Source: Podospora anserina (lineage: Eukaryota). From it: a DNA stretch of 64,000 nucleotides. Shown here piece after piece: positions 49,329 to 61,169 of this stretch. Location of the stretch: contig CM030335.1 in NCBI GenBank assembly GCA_017654855.1, positions 3,782,001 to 3,846,000 of the forward strand, written 5' to 3'. Position numbers and translations under genes: made by a program. Under the pieces are notes generated by a model. It searched no databases, was not told the origin of the DNA, and saw only the letters and a list, made by a program, of their open reading frames with translations. Every line of letters starts with the position of its first letter. Positions within the stretch are counted from its first letter, which is position 1.

Positions 49329-51005
49329 AGGATGGTTTCTATCTCGTTTGTTGGCTGCAGAGTGATGTTAATATCTTGTACCGTAAAATGTAGCAAGTGA
49401 AACAACTCAACTGAAATGAAGTCTGAAAACCAGAGCAGGTAGGTGAGGATCAAGGAAACATGAATGGGTGACGATGGCACACCGGGTACAAGCTCTCTTC
49501 GCGGCACCCTCCAAGGTCACTACTCTCAACGCGCCTTGTGCTGCAGCCACTAAGAGGAAAGATTCACACCAGATTCCTTCCTAGCTCGGCAATCTGCCAG
49601 AGGTAGACAAGACATGGGCGGTACGTACCTATCTAACGGGCAGCCCTGTGTCCCGGCGTCCTGGTGCCAAGTTAACAGTGAAAATGGCGTGGCGATGATT
49701 GGCTGGAAAGAAAGCCGAGGTGAGCGACTGGCGGAGGTTTGATTTGATATGAACGGGCGGTTATTGGCCAGATCTGGCTTGCTCCAGCACTGCAGGTTTG
49801 TATTTGTCGACGACGAGGTTCCAGGTTTAGGGTTACCAGGAACACCGGCGCTGGCGGGTGGATGGGGAGATGGGGCGGTGGTGACCAGAGTGAGCGGACG
49901 ATGGATGGGGGTTGTTGGCCCACAAAATCAAACCAGGAAAAGAGGGTTGGCAGCGGGATGGGCAAGGGTTGTCATGGAAGGGGTTCTTGCCGCGTGCCGC
50001 CGTCCACGGAACGGTACAGTTCTGTTTTGTCAGCCTCCACCACATGGACCTCAGACCATGGCTCGAATCGACGTATGTAACATGCCCCCCGCCGTCCTGA
50101 AAAAAATATTTGCCTGCTAGCTCGTTCTCATCTGCATCACAAGTGGACGCGATTGGATGGGTGTGTGGAAGGAGCGGCATTTCACCTTACATCTACCCTC
50201 CATCTGTTCTGTACAAGAAAGAGGCAACAGCTACGTACCTAGTTACGGGAAGGGCAATATCTCCAGCAGCCAACAGCGTACTCGAACCCAAGCCAGATTC
50301 GAAACGTTACTCGTCCAACTTTGTTGGGTAGGTGTTGCAAGTCTGTGAACAAGTACAGTTGGGTAAGAGCCTGGCGAATGCCAACGTAAACAGCCTGGAA
50401 AGGGGGTCCTGTTCTGTACTCCTGGGTTCCTGCCAGAGTTCATAAGTGGTCCAATGTTTGATCTTAAGCTTAAAAGAACCCCTCTTTTGAACCGCCTCGT
50501 TCTTAGTCATAGCGGGCTTTTCAACTTGTCATTGCGTCATGAAGACTGTGGGCGAGAGTCGTGGGCCCCCAACTCCACGTCTTCGGGCTCGGTCATGATC
50601 GGTGTTGCAAAGGCCGCGCTCGGGAGAGACGCCGAAAGTGGGCTTCTTGTCCGTTTGTCACTGCTGCCCGCAGTTTGATCCGATCTTCGGTCTTCCATGT
50701 TTGGTCACCCGCATCGTGATATGCCTGCTCAAATATGCGTACATGATGCATGGATTCATCCCACCTCCATCCTCCGTGTCTGCTCGGAAGATGTCCCGCT
50801 GCTTCGAACATAGACAGCACGGCGAAGTGCTACCGGAGAAATACGGAAAGCTTTCAAATTGCCCTGAAACCCATTTTTGAGCACCTGGAAAATGCTAAAA
50901 ACTCCAAAACCCATGAAATGAAATTATATACAAGAAAAGAGAACCGAGATAGAACAGCCAGAAAAATCATATCACCCATTCATGCATAGACATTGAGTTC
51001 CACAA

Positions 51006-52692
51006 TCACCTGGAAACTCCGAAAATAGACTCAACAATCTCGCCGGACCGTGTTGACAGAACAGAAAGTAGGGTATCACTCAACTGGGGTGGGGGTTAGC
51101 CAAATGATACAAAACACAACGCGGAGCGCGGCAAAGAGAGGGTGTGTAGAGGAGGGGGAGAATGGGGCACTTACACCATGGGTGCCTTCACAGCAACCTT
51201 GCAACCAAACACCGGAGCCTTGAGCCACGGCACCGCTAGCAAAACGAACACCGTAATCACGGCCAACCTCAATCACGCGCTTTGATGACTCTTGGGCCTT
51301 GTTGGCGCTCTCCACCACCCACCGGTCCTTTCTGGGCACGCCAATCTGCTCCTGCTCCTGCTCACCAGCAACGTCGAACTCGGGAAGGAGATCATAGGCG
51401 CCCTTGAGGATGTCCACATGGGCCGTTCTCTTGTAGCCAGTGGCGCAGATGACGAGATCCACATCCAGGTCCTCCTCGTTGAGGAGGGGGCCATCTGACA
51501 CACCAGTGGTGGAGAGTCTGGCCACCTTGATGCGCAGTCCATCGCCCTTGTCCTCCACCTTGATAAGCTCTCTGCCAGCCAGAATCCTGTGGGGCCACTT
51601 CTTCTCATCTGCGCCCAACGTCCGCTTCTGGTGGTACATGGTCTCAAAGAGGTGCTCAATCAGCTCAAGGCGGACGACGCTGTAGTTGGTAGCGCGGGCT
51701 TCATGGAGAAACTTGGCCTTGTAGGCGGCGGACTTGGGGAAGATCTGGTCAATGTACTCGGGGTTGAAGATGGAGTTGATGCTGCAGTCACACGGTTAGC
51801 GAGGGGGCTTGCATGACGTCCCTGGGTCGGGATTGGGTGCTCACAAGGGGGAATCGTCACTTGGCCGGAGGAACTCGGATCTCATGACCATGTAGGTCTT
51901 GCTGTTGGGGTAGAGACTCTGGACGTTGCTGAAGATCTCGGCGGCGCTCTGGCCGGCACCAACCACGGCAACGCGAACGGGGGCCGACCTGTCGCCAAGA
52001 ATTTGAGGCGCCCGTTGGGCATACTGAGACGAGTGAATAACACGCGGGTGGTGAGCGGGGAAGATGTCGGGGAGGGAGGCCTGGCCACCAGCAGCCACAA
52101 GAACGTTGCGTGTGCGGTAGGTGCTGGTCACACCGGTCTTGATGTTGCGTGATGTCACCTCAAAGATCTTGGCGGGGCCGTCCTCCTGGACAGGAGCGAC
52201 CGAGACCACCTCGTTCTGATAGCAGACAACGTCCTCAAAGTGGTTGGCGCACCAGCGGAGATAGTCCTCAAACTCGGCGCGGGCGGGGGTGAAGGTGTCC
52301 AGGTTGATGAAGTCAACCAGTCTCTCGTTCTTGTGGAGGTAGTTGAGGAAGGTGAAATGAGAGCGGGGGTCTCTGAGAGAGGCGAGGTCCTTGACGAAGG
52401 AAATCTGCATCTTCGCGCCGGGCAGGAGCATGCCGGCGTGCCAAGCGAACTGGGGCTGCTTCTCCAGAAAGAGGACTTTGGGGCACTGCTTGAGCTTGCC
52501 GGCCTCCATGGCGTCGTGCATAGCAATGGCAATGGCGACGCTGGCGGGGCCGAAGCCAATGCACACCAGGTCGTGCACGGCATCAACCTCTGTGGGAGTA
52601 ACATATTGGCTCTTGGGGAACTGGCTGGCGCCGTTGACAAGCTGGGGGACGGCCTCGGTCTCATCCATTGTGCTGATGCTGTGTGGGGACAT
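51006..52692 (-). CDS. sidA: L-ornithine N5-monooxygenase (siderophore biosynthesis)
   Basis: Contains [85 protein letters not shown] and [15 protein letters not shown]. Two introns at about 51782-51845 and 51084-51174. Confidence 0.96.
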
Positions 52693-53709
52693 GATAACCT
52701 AATGCTACTGTCGGGTTTCGGTGCCGCTATAAGCTGGTCTCCAGGAGATGGGCAGTCTCGGGGCGCACAAGGGCAAGCAAATAGTACCGGGGAAGGAGTA
52801 AGGATGTGGGTCTGGTCGGTAAGCTGTGGCGCACAAGGTGTGTGTGTGTCGTGTCGTCGTGTCGTGCCGATGCAGTGGCCTCCTTGGTGGATGCCGGTGC
52901 TGGTGTGTTGGGCCTGGAGATCGTCCACAACAAGATTGACGTAAGTGCCGCCGGGACGGGATGAACACCAGAAAAGGGGGGAGGGAAGGGCTCCAAGAGA
53001 AAAGATGGTTTTGGTACTGGGAGGAATAAGGAGAAAACGAGGAGAGAGTCGCGGCTGGCATGAGGGCGGCCACGGCTCCCGTTTTGATACGCAGTCGTCC
53101 TGACGGCGGAGCACTGCTCATGGGGAAGGGACGAAGAAACAGGAACCTAGCGTAACCGCCTAGACCTTGCAATGAGACCACGCGATGCCCCATTTTGCCT
53201 CATGGTCGATGGGCGTTGAGGGGTGCAAAACAGAGTGTTGGCAGCCATTGCAGCTAGCTTGGGTCGATGTGATGCAGGGAACGTCCTGCGCCATTGCGGA
53301 GACCCTTCTTCTTCGAGCAAGCGGTGACATGATCTAATACTTCGCTGGTGGGGGGTTGGGGGAGGCAATGAGAAATTTTTGATCGATTTCGGGTTGCGAT
53401 TGACGGAAACGACCCCTCGCCGGTTTTCTGGGGATCGGCTTTTAGGCGATGGGGGTAACTTGATGCTCAACTTGTGTTTCTTTCCACCTGGTGCTCACTG
53501 GCTCCCCGTGAACCGTGAAACCGTGTTGCAACCGACGGGGCACACGGCAAACAGATCTCGTCGTGGGGTGGTGGTGTGCTGGTGTTCACGGCGGTGGTGG
53601 GTGTCCCTTTGTGAAAGGCCTGCTGCCGGTGTGGGTGTCTGGGGATGGGGACGGGCTCGTGTACTGACGCAATCTGCAAATCTTGCCAGTTCCTCAGCGT
53701 TATCTTCGG

Positions 53710-54717
53710 ATCAGATAAGATGAAATCAGTGGAGAAGATTGGCAGTTTGTATGGGGACGGACGGGGACAGACGGGATGCCATGAGCCTATTTGCTGGCTC
53801 CAACAATGCCCAGTCATCTCCTCCGGCGGCTAGTCCCCCTCTGGCTCCGAAGGCGGAGTCGACTTCGCATTCTTGGCTGCCAGTCCCGGGACGAGGGAAA
53901 AAAAATTGTTTATCTGATCGTATGACAACGGACGGCAGAGCCCCGGTTCCAGAAGCCGTGATGGTGGTGGTGCCATTCAAGGTATCCGAGCCGACAGCCA
54001 ACCATGGCAACGGGGGGCATCGTGGGCATGTGTTGGATCAATTCCGGATCAATTGGATCGCCCAACATCAGGCTCTCATCCGCTCGATCGACAAAATCCC
54101 TTCCACCTCAAAGGTGCGGCCGGCCATGTGTGAAACAACGGGCTCCGGGGTAAAGGAAGGCGAGACGGTCCTGATGGCTGATGACATGACCTTCCAGGTT
54201 GGGACCATCTATCTGGCAGTCGACAATGGAATGGAATTGCGCAAAATTTGACTCAATTGAGCTGGTTGTCCTTGCCCTGTCTCCGAGCCGGGTTCCACTG
54301 TGTGCTGCCGAGGAGGTGCAGAGATGAAAAGTGTGGGGCTCGGTGGAGCCGCGGCAGCCTATCTGATAATCTGATAAGATCAATCAGCCCCACCCCATGC
54401 CCACCTGCATCTTGGCAGCTGCTGGCGAGTGGGTGCGTCGTGGCAGGATCGGACGACTGGGATGCCAGAATTGCCGTGTATTTGCCCTCATCCCCATCAC
54501 CAGCTTTCACATGCGCCCATCTGCTGTACCGTGTCTGCTTCTGGCAAGCCGACGTCGGCCTCGTCTCTTGCGTTCCCTGCAGTCGACCTACCTAAGGTAC
54601 CGGCACACAGGCAAACCTGAGTCGGTTCCTGTACCAACCCTCATCCCTGCCGCCGCGACAGCACCTCTACTGTGTAGGTACACTACGAACCTACCCCGCA
54701 CCGAAAAATTATCTGAT
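53710..54717. promoter_or_regulatory. Cluster of SreA/SRE-type iron-responsive GATA boxes (ATCWGATAA) upstream of sidA
   Basis: ATCAGATAA at 53710-53718, TTATCTGAT at 53910-53918 and 54709-54717, and a tandem ATCTGATAATCTGATAA at 54361-54377. Confidence 0.75.
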
Positions 54718-55648
54718 GCAGAAAAAGACACCCCCAGTCACTTCCCGAACACGGTTTGCGTCGGTTTCGCATCGTATCGCCGGTCGGTGTCGAATCTCAA
54801 CAACCCACAAGATGGTTTGGGATGTATTTCTTCCACTATATTCATCTTGGTTTCGCGGTTGCTAGAAACTGGCACTTCATTGGCGCTTTCTAAACAAGCT
54901 TCTCAGGGGGTGCCAAGGAAAGCCGTTGCGGGCAGCCGCTTGGTGGCCCGATCGTTCCAAGATTGGCGCATACATCAACAGCTATATATATCAAGCACCA
55001 GAGCCTCTCTTGCTTCTCTTGTGAGAAACCGATCAGTCAATATCTCGGCATCTTATACCCCCTTCCTTGTTCGCACCCTGAAGGCTGTGTCTTTTAGCGC
55101 GGCCTACAGACACAAGCGAATGTTGGTCGCGGTTTGGGATCTCCCATGAGCCCAAACTTGGACCTCAACTCCCCAATGGTACGACACCGGTAACTTTATG
55201 CCACACTGGCTGGTCTTTTCCACAGCCCGCAAGGCGATGTGACACGGCGTCAAGTAGACTCGCGATACCCCAGACGGTCATTGCGGCACAAGAAGGGTGA
55301 GACCTTTCAGCTTCGGCCACGAACAAATCAGCATGCGTTTACCCTCTCTTCCACTGAAACAAAAAGAGGCGCAAGTGTAGCCCCAGCCCTCAGCCCGGGT
55401 CACCGCTTTTAAAGTCGGCAGGCTGGCCGTGAAACTGTGACGTGCAAAAACTGCTTGTAATTCTTCCGTCTTACGCCAAGGGGGCATCTTTATTAGAGCT
55501 GTCTCTAGAAATTTTGGGGGCCCTTGGTAGTCACCCCCTGGCGAGCCTCATATGCATTTTGGAATACAAAACAACAGGTCCCGGTTTTGCCAGGGTCTTC
55601 AAGACACCAAGCAAGTCCCAGAAATTGTCGTAGAAAAACACCACCGAC

Positions 55649-56606
55649 ATGGGGCGCCCCGAAGACCTCCCAGAGGTTGTCCCCAAACCGCCGACACCCT
55701 TGCCCGAGGTCATTGCTGATTCCGGGCCTCAGGTCATCTCTAATTACTATGTCGGTGATCCCCAACGTGTTTATGCACAGTACAAATACCCCGCCGATTA
55801 TGACGATGCCCCCAAACTGCCATTCGAGCCCCCAACCCCCACAGCAGACGTTTACAGGCAAAATCAAGATCGGCAGCCATTATGGCCGCAAAGTGCAAGT
55901 GGAATGCCCTTGGGCGCCCTCAGCCCAAACAGCTCAGTGCCCTGGGAGCCCGTATCGCCGGTTGGAAAGGAAGAGTTGTATGTTGGGCCTCATCTGAAGG
56001 ATGAAAAGAAGAAGACATGCGGTCTCGGCAAACGGACATTCACCATGGTGCTGGTTGCCGTCATTGTCCTAATCGGAGCGGCAGTGGGAGGTGGTGTGGC
56101 GGGCGTGATGAGAGCAAAGCATGGCGAGAGTTCGCCGCCAAAGACTACAACACCCGCGACCAACAGGACATCATCCGAGTGCGTGGCCTCCCCTTTTACT
56201 TTTTGTCTGTTGTCGTTTCCCCGGACTTTTGCTAACTCATCACAGCAGACCAGCAGCTTCGTCTCTCGATGATGAAACCCCAAACGTGGGATTCATGCTT
56301 CAAGCGTGGGAAGAGCCCCAATACACCGGTGACAAGACACGCGTGTACACTGAAGAAGGCTTTTACGATTTTCCATTCATGGCGTGGAGCTACGTCTGGT
56401 TTCCAAACAAGACAGACTGCTGCCTCACATTTTGTGCCAGCCCGACCAACCACACGCCAACCGGGTGGTGGTGCGACCATCGGCGGAGGCCAAAAACGGA
56501 CAAGTCGTTTGGGAGGGTGAATATCTGGTGCGGCAGAGGAAGCAACACAAGCAACCAGAGAAAGTGCAATGAGACTCAGGCTGGAGGGGAATGGGACAAA
56601 TCGTGA
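55649..56606 (+). CDS. Hypothetical single-pass (type II) membrane protein with a small Cys-rich C-terminal domain
   Basis: Pro-rich N-terminus (DLPEVVP), then KKKTCGLGKRTF plus TM segment ..GAAVGGGVAG. An intron at about 56179-56245 has a CTAAC branch site. The C-terminal exon encodes QAWEEPQYTG..DCCLTFC..GWWC..NIWC. Confidence 0.65.
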
Positions 56607-57209
56607 TGGGAGCAGTGGACGGGCAGTGCTGAGCTGAACAGGAGAACGTGATGATTGATGACGGCTAATGAACTACGGTACCTATGGCTTGGCGAAGGTG
56701 GATTGACTGATGAAAGGGAGGTCAAACCACTAATCCTAGTTATGGACTAGGGACTCGTAATGTAATGATATTATCACGTCCAAACAGTTTATAGCAATGG
56801 TGCCCGATTGGGGCTCGAAGAAATGGAACTTTGGCAAAGAACCTTGAGCTAAATATCTCTATTCAGCGCCATCTGATGCTGACAAAAGAAACTATGATAT
56901 GCGGTGCATGCCCCCCTACTCCATAGAGGAAGACAATACAGCCTGTCCAAAGCACAACCTTACATATCCCCCACTATAAAATCAACCAAGTAAAACGCCA
57001 CCCCATGCTGTCATAAGTCATCGATATGCAGTCATTCCCCATCATAATTCATAAACGTGTCTCATCGCCTTCTGCCATTGTGGGCCGTATTACCATCAAC
57101 CCTGAACTCCAACGACCCCCATAAACCCAGATTGATCCCATTCAAACAAAGGAAATCGTGCTGTTGTCTAAGCAAAGGAAAGCTCTCTCCCCTCGAGGAA
57201 CAGGTATGC

Positions 57210-58690
57210 TCAAGCCACTTGCCGAGCATTGGCATTGGCACCCATGGTGCTAGTGTTGTTGTTCTGAGTCTCGATGCTCCTGATGCACAAGACCCTGGCC
57301 GCATAGTCCAGAAGCAGCCTCAAGTTCATGATGACGGAAAGGTGTTCGGCGGTGATCTCCACCCGCCCCTTTTCTTGGACCTCGGCGTCGACAGAGGAAG
57401 GTTTCATGAGGACTTTGGCGGTGAGCTGGGAGATAACCTCCATGATCTGGAGGAAGTGGTCTGTGCTGGGGAAAGGGGAGCCATCGTCATCCTTGGGGGG
57501 TGCGGTGAAAAATGATTTGGCCGAGGACGATTGGACCGACAAGTGACTGAAGATATCGGGCTGAAGGAGCCAGTTGAGTATGGTGGCCAGGTCCGCCTCG
57601 TCAAGGGGGGTGGACTGATGGAGGGGGTGAAGAATGTTGAGGAGTGATTGGGGAGGGGTGGTGGGTTTGGCCGTTGAAGCTTCCGTTTGCTCTTGCATGA
57701 TACAGGCTTGCTCGCTCGCTGGTTCTTCTTCAGTATCTGGCTCGACCTGCTCAGCTTTGACCTCTGCTTCCGTCTCGGCCTCCCGACTTGGCCCGTCCTT
57801 TGCTGTCTCACCCTGAGAGTCAACTTCGGGCGTTGTTACCGGTGATGACGAGGCCGAAGAAGTAGCCGAGGAAGAGATGGATGCTGGCTCGGAGGAGGAT
57901 TCAGGCGGAGGTGTAGCCTCCCGTTGGAACACGGCTGGAATTTCGTCCTGCATATCGATTTCGACACATGGGAGTGAAAGGGCTTCAAATTGCTGTTCTT
58001 GCTGCATCGCCTCCTCTTCACACAGAGACATCTTGACCAAGAGTTCGTAGAGATCCGTCATTTCCAAATCTTCACCGTCTGAAAGGGGGAACGAGACGCT
58101 GAGGGGGAGATCGCCATTTTCTGATAGATAATGCTAAGTACACTGTTGTTCTGAACCGCAGTGGAGACAGAGGCAAAAGGAAGCAATGAACAAGAAAAGA
58201 AAAGCTCACTCTGACGGTAACAAGACTTGTCCCCCCTGACCAGGCGGGCAAGGGAAAGACCCCGTGGCAAGGAGAGGATGAAGCTGTGTTTCTTTACGGG
58301 GTGGTGGCCGGCTCGCTTGTTGGCAAGATCGACTTTTCTGGACCGGACCGAGAGAATGCCACGCTGGTGGCCGCCGCGGGCCACAAGGCGGCCGTCATTA
58401 CCACGATGCCATGATCCCATGGCGAATTCCTGGCCCTGGCGGCGACAGTTTGGACAAGCCGGAAGTGTTCTGCCACATCCTCTTCGCCGGGCTGGGAGCG
58501 ACGGTGAGACGGTGAACATGGCCATGGCCGATGAGGTTGAGGGGTTTTCACTTACAACGACAAGTGCAGGTTGACGGACCCGAACTCCTCTTCCCCCTGA
58601 CGCCGGCTCGACTGCTGTAGTATGGTGGATTCATGGCTCTATCAAATTGATGGTGTTGGAGATGGAGATATGGGGACGATGGGGCAAACA
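57210..58690 (-). CDS. Hypothetical acidic, Ser/Glu-rich protein (gene model uncertain)
   Basis: A 285-aa open frame at 57210-58067 is preceded by a probable intron (about 58122-58210) and upstream exon(s) containing CPNCRR. The start is uncertain. Confidence 0.4.
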
Positions 58691-59406
58691 TGGTGAATAT
58701 TGACTACTGCTGAATGGATATGTTTTGTGGGCAGGGAGGAGTCCATGGTATTTTATCATGGAAGCGGTGACGATCAAAGGGAAAAAAAAACCCTCGGACG
58801 TTGGCTACCGAGAACTAACGCATGAGGTGGCCCGTTGATTCCCAAAGCATCGCGGCAGCCCCTCAGTGGTCGATGATGCACATCAAGTCCCAACACGACG
58901 GGTGCTGATTGGTCCAGCACAGAATTCCAGCGCAATCCAAGGCGCCAACTGCCAGGGGTTTCTGCTGAGCGCTGTCACCACTTGCACAAATGGACAGCGC
59001 CCTGACTCTGAGGCTGCCCAGATGGGCGATGTGGGATCCAATGTGTTGCATCAGGTCGAAATTGTTCAGTTCGTCTGGGGAAGATAGGGCAGTGACTGGC
59101 CCAGTGACATGAGACACGGGCAAACAATGCGACGAGCCCAACGCAAAATGACGGCACCCGGATTGTTACATTTTGGGCTAAAATTGGTGATGGCTTCAGG
59201 AATCAGAGCTGCTGACGGCTGGCCCGTTGAGAACCTAGAATCTGGGGAACTGACAGACAGACAACTGGAATGCCCGTGGCCAATCAGCATGCAGGAAAAA
59301 CGACCCACTTAATTTTGGCATCTGGGCGCCAGAGCATCATCATCACTGGTGGCGCAACAACTGCACCAACGGCAGCACCGCGACAATTGCATCCATCACC
59401 ACGACA

Positions 59407-61089
59407 ATGCAGCCGCAGCCAGCGCTCAAGTCGACCTACAAGGCGCCTCCTCTTCCGCCAGGCTGGACTGAGCACAAAGCCCCGACGGGGCACACGTACT
59501 ATTACAATGCCGAAACCAAAGAGTCCACCTACAAGCGGCCTGTCACGGCAGCAGCCCCTCCAACCGCGCCGTCCGCTAACCCGGCATCGAGCTTTTGGCA
59601 ACACCAAGCCGTACCCCAGATAAACCTCTCCGATCCCAATGTCGCCAATGCCTTCATGTCACAGTATGGCCAGCCACAGCACCAGCCAGGGCAACAGCGT
59701 GGTGGGCGTGGGCCGGGAGGCCGAGGCGGTTCCCACGCGCGACCAAAACCACAGCCCATCGACAAGCCGCGATCAAAGGTGGCTATTCCCGGCCATGAAC
59801 CATGGATCCTCGTGTACACCAAATACGGCCGCCGATTTGCCTACAACTCGGCCAAGAATGCCAGTTACTGGCGAATTCCCGAGAAGCTCATGCCCGCCAT
59901 TCTTGAGCTCGACAAGGCGCGCATTCGCCAAAAGGCAGAGGGCAAAGCTTTGGATACGCTTCAAGGCTCTGAAGGCCCGCCGGAAAAAACAGACGGTCCT
60001 GAAGAACAAGAGAAGGACTACGACAGTTCTGAATACGAAGAAGTCGAAGTGACCGACGACGAGGATGGCGGCGATGGCCACGCCACGAAGCGCCAACGAA
60101 CCGAGGATCCCGACCAAAGCGAAAACAACGGGCCGGTCGAGTTTACCGAGGAAGACATCGCTGCGCAGTTGGCCGCCATGGGTGCTGACTATGGAGAAGA
60201 CTACGAGATGGGCCAAGACTACGACGATTATGACCATGGCGAGGCGGCCCCCCAGCTATCCGACGACGACGCCCGCGAGCTTTTCAAAGACATGCTGTCC
60301 GACTTCAACATAAACCCCTACAGCCCTTGGGATACCTTGATAGAGCAGGGCAGGATCGTAGACGACCCCCGGTACACAGTCTTGCCCACTACAAAAGCCC
60401 GCAAGGAGGTCTGGGAGGAGTGGTCCAGAATCACGATTCAGGAGCTCAAGGAGCTGCGACAAAAGCAAGAGAAAAAGGACCCCCGTATCGCCTACTTCGC
60501 CCTGCTGCAGGACAAGGCCACGCCAAAGCTCTACTGGGCCGAGTTCAAACGAAAATATAAGCGGGAGGACGCCATGAAGGATATCAAAGTGGCTGACAAG
60601 GACAGGGAAAAGTGGTACCGGGAATACATCTCGCGGCTCAAACTTCCCCAGTCCACGCTGAAATCCGACCTCAAGAAACTGCTCGAATCGGTTCCCCTGT
60701 CGCAGCTCAACAACCGGTCTTCCGCCTCCTCCTTACCACCCGCCGTCTTGACGGATCTTCGGTACTGGTCCCTCGATACAAAGTCCAGAGATGAATTTGT
60801 GGAGGGTTACATTGCTGGGCTGGGGCCTCCCCCTGACTCGGGCGCAGAGCAAGGGGCGGGAGAGGATGAGGCGACGAAAAAGGCCAAGGAAGAAAGACGC
60901 AAGCGGGAAAGGGCGCTTCAGGACAGGGAGCGGGCGGTGCAGGAAGAAAAGCACAGGCAGGAAAAGAAGCTCCAGTTTGAGCGTGCCAGGCTGAGGGAAG
61001 AAGAACGGGAGCTTGAAAGGGCCATGCAGGTGGGCAAAAAGGGGCTACAGAGCCAGCTTACGCCACAAGAGGGGGAGCGGTTCATTTGA
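59407..61089 (+). CDS. WW- and FF-domain protein (Urn1/Dre4/TCERG1-like pre-mRNA splicing factor)
   Basis: WW domain LPPGWTEHKAPTGHTYYYNAETKESTYKRP, a second WW-like segment WILVYTKYGRRFAYN..SYW..P, FF domain FKDMLSDFNINPYSPWD..DDPRY and a coiled-coil C-terminus. Confidence 0.85.
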   Translation: MQPQPALKSTYKAPPLPPGWTEHKAPTGHTYYYNAETKESTYKRPVTAAAPPTAPSANPASSFWQHQAVPQINLSDPNVANAFMSQYGQPQHQPGQQRGGRGPGGRGGSHARPKPQPIDKPRSKVAIPGHEPWILVYTKYGRRFAYNSAKNASYWRIPEKLMPAILELDKARIRQKAEGKALDTLQGSEGPPEKTDGPEEQEKDYDSSEYEEVEVTDDEDGGDGHATKRQRTEDPDQSENNGPVEFTEEDIAAQLAAMGADYGEDYEMGQDYDDYDHGEAAPQLSDDDARELFKDMLSDFNINPYSPWDTLIEQGRIVDDPRYTVLPTTKARKEVWEEWSRITIQELKELRQKQEKKDPRIAYFALLQDKATPKLYWAEFKRKYKREDAMKDIKVADKDREKWYREYISRLKLPQSTLKSDLKKLLESVPLSQLNNRSSASSLPPAVLTDLRYWSLDTKSRDEFVEGYIAGLGPPPDSGAEQGAGEDEATKKAKEERRKRERALQDRERAVQEEKHRQEKKLQFERARLREEERELERAMQVGKKGLQSQLTPQEGERFI

Positions 61090-61169
61090 ACGTCGAAGGA
61101 GATAATAATAATAGCAATCAACTATCATCAGCCATACCGTTGAAACGCCATTTTTATGCATGCATGCTT

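Noticed and set aside
52700-55600. ORFs such as 54397-55149 and 53739-54251
   Set aside because: They use non-ATG starts and lack protein-like composition. The region is better explained as the sidA promoter and UTR.
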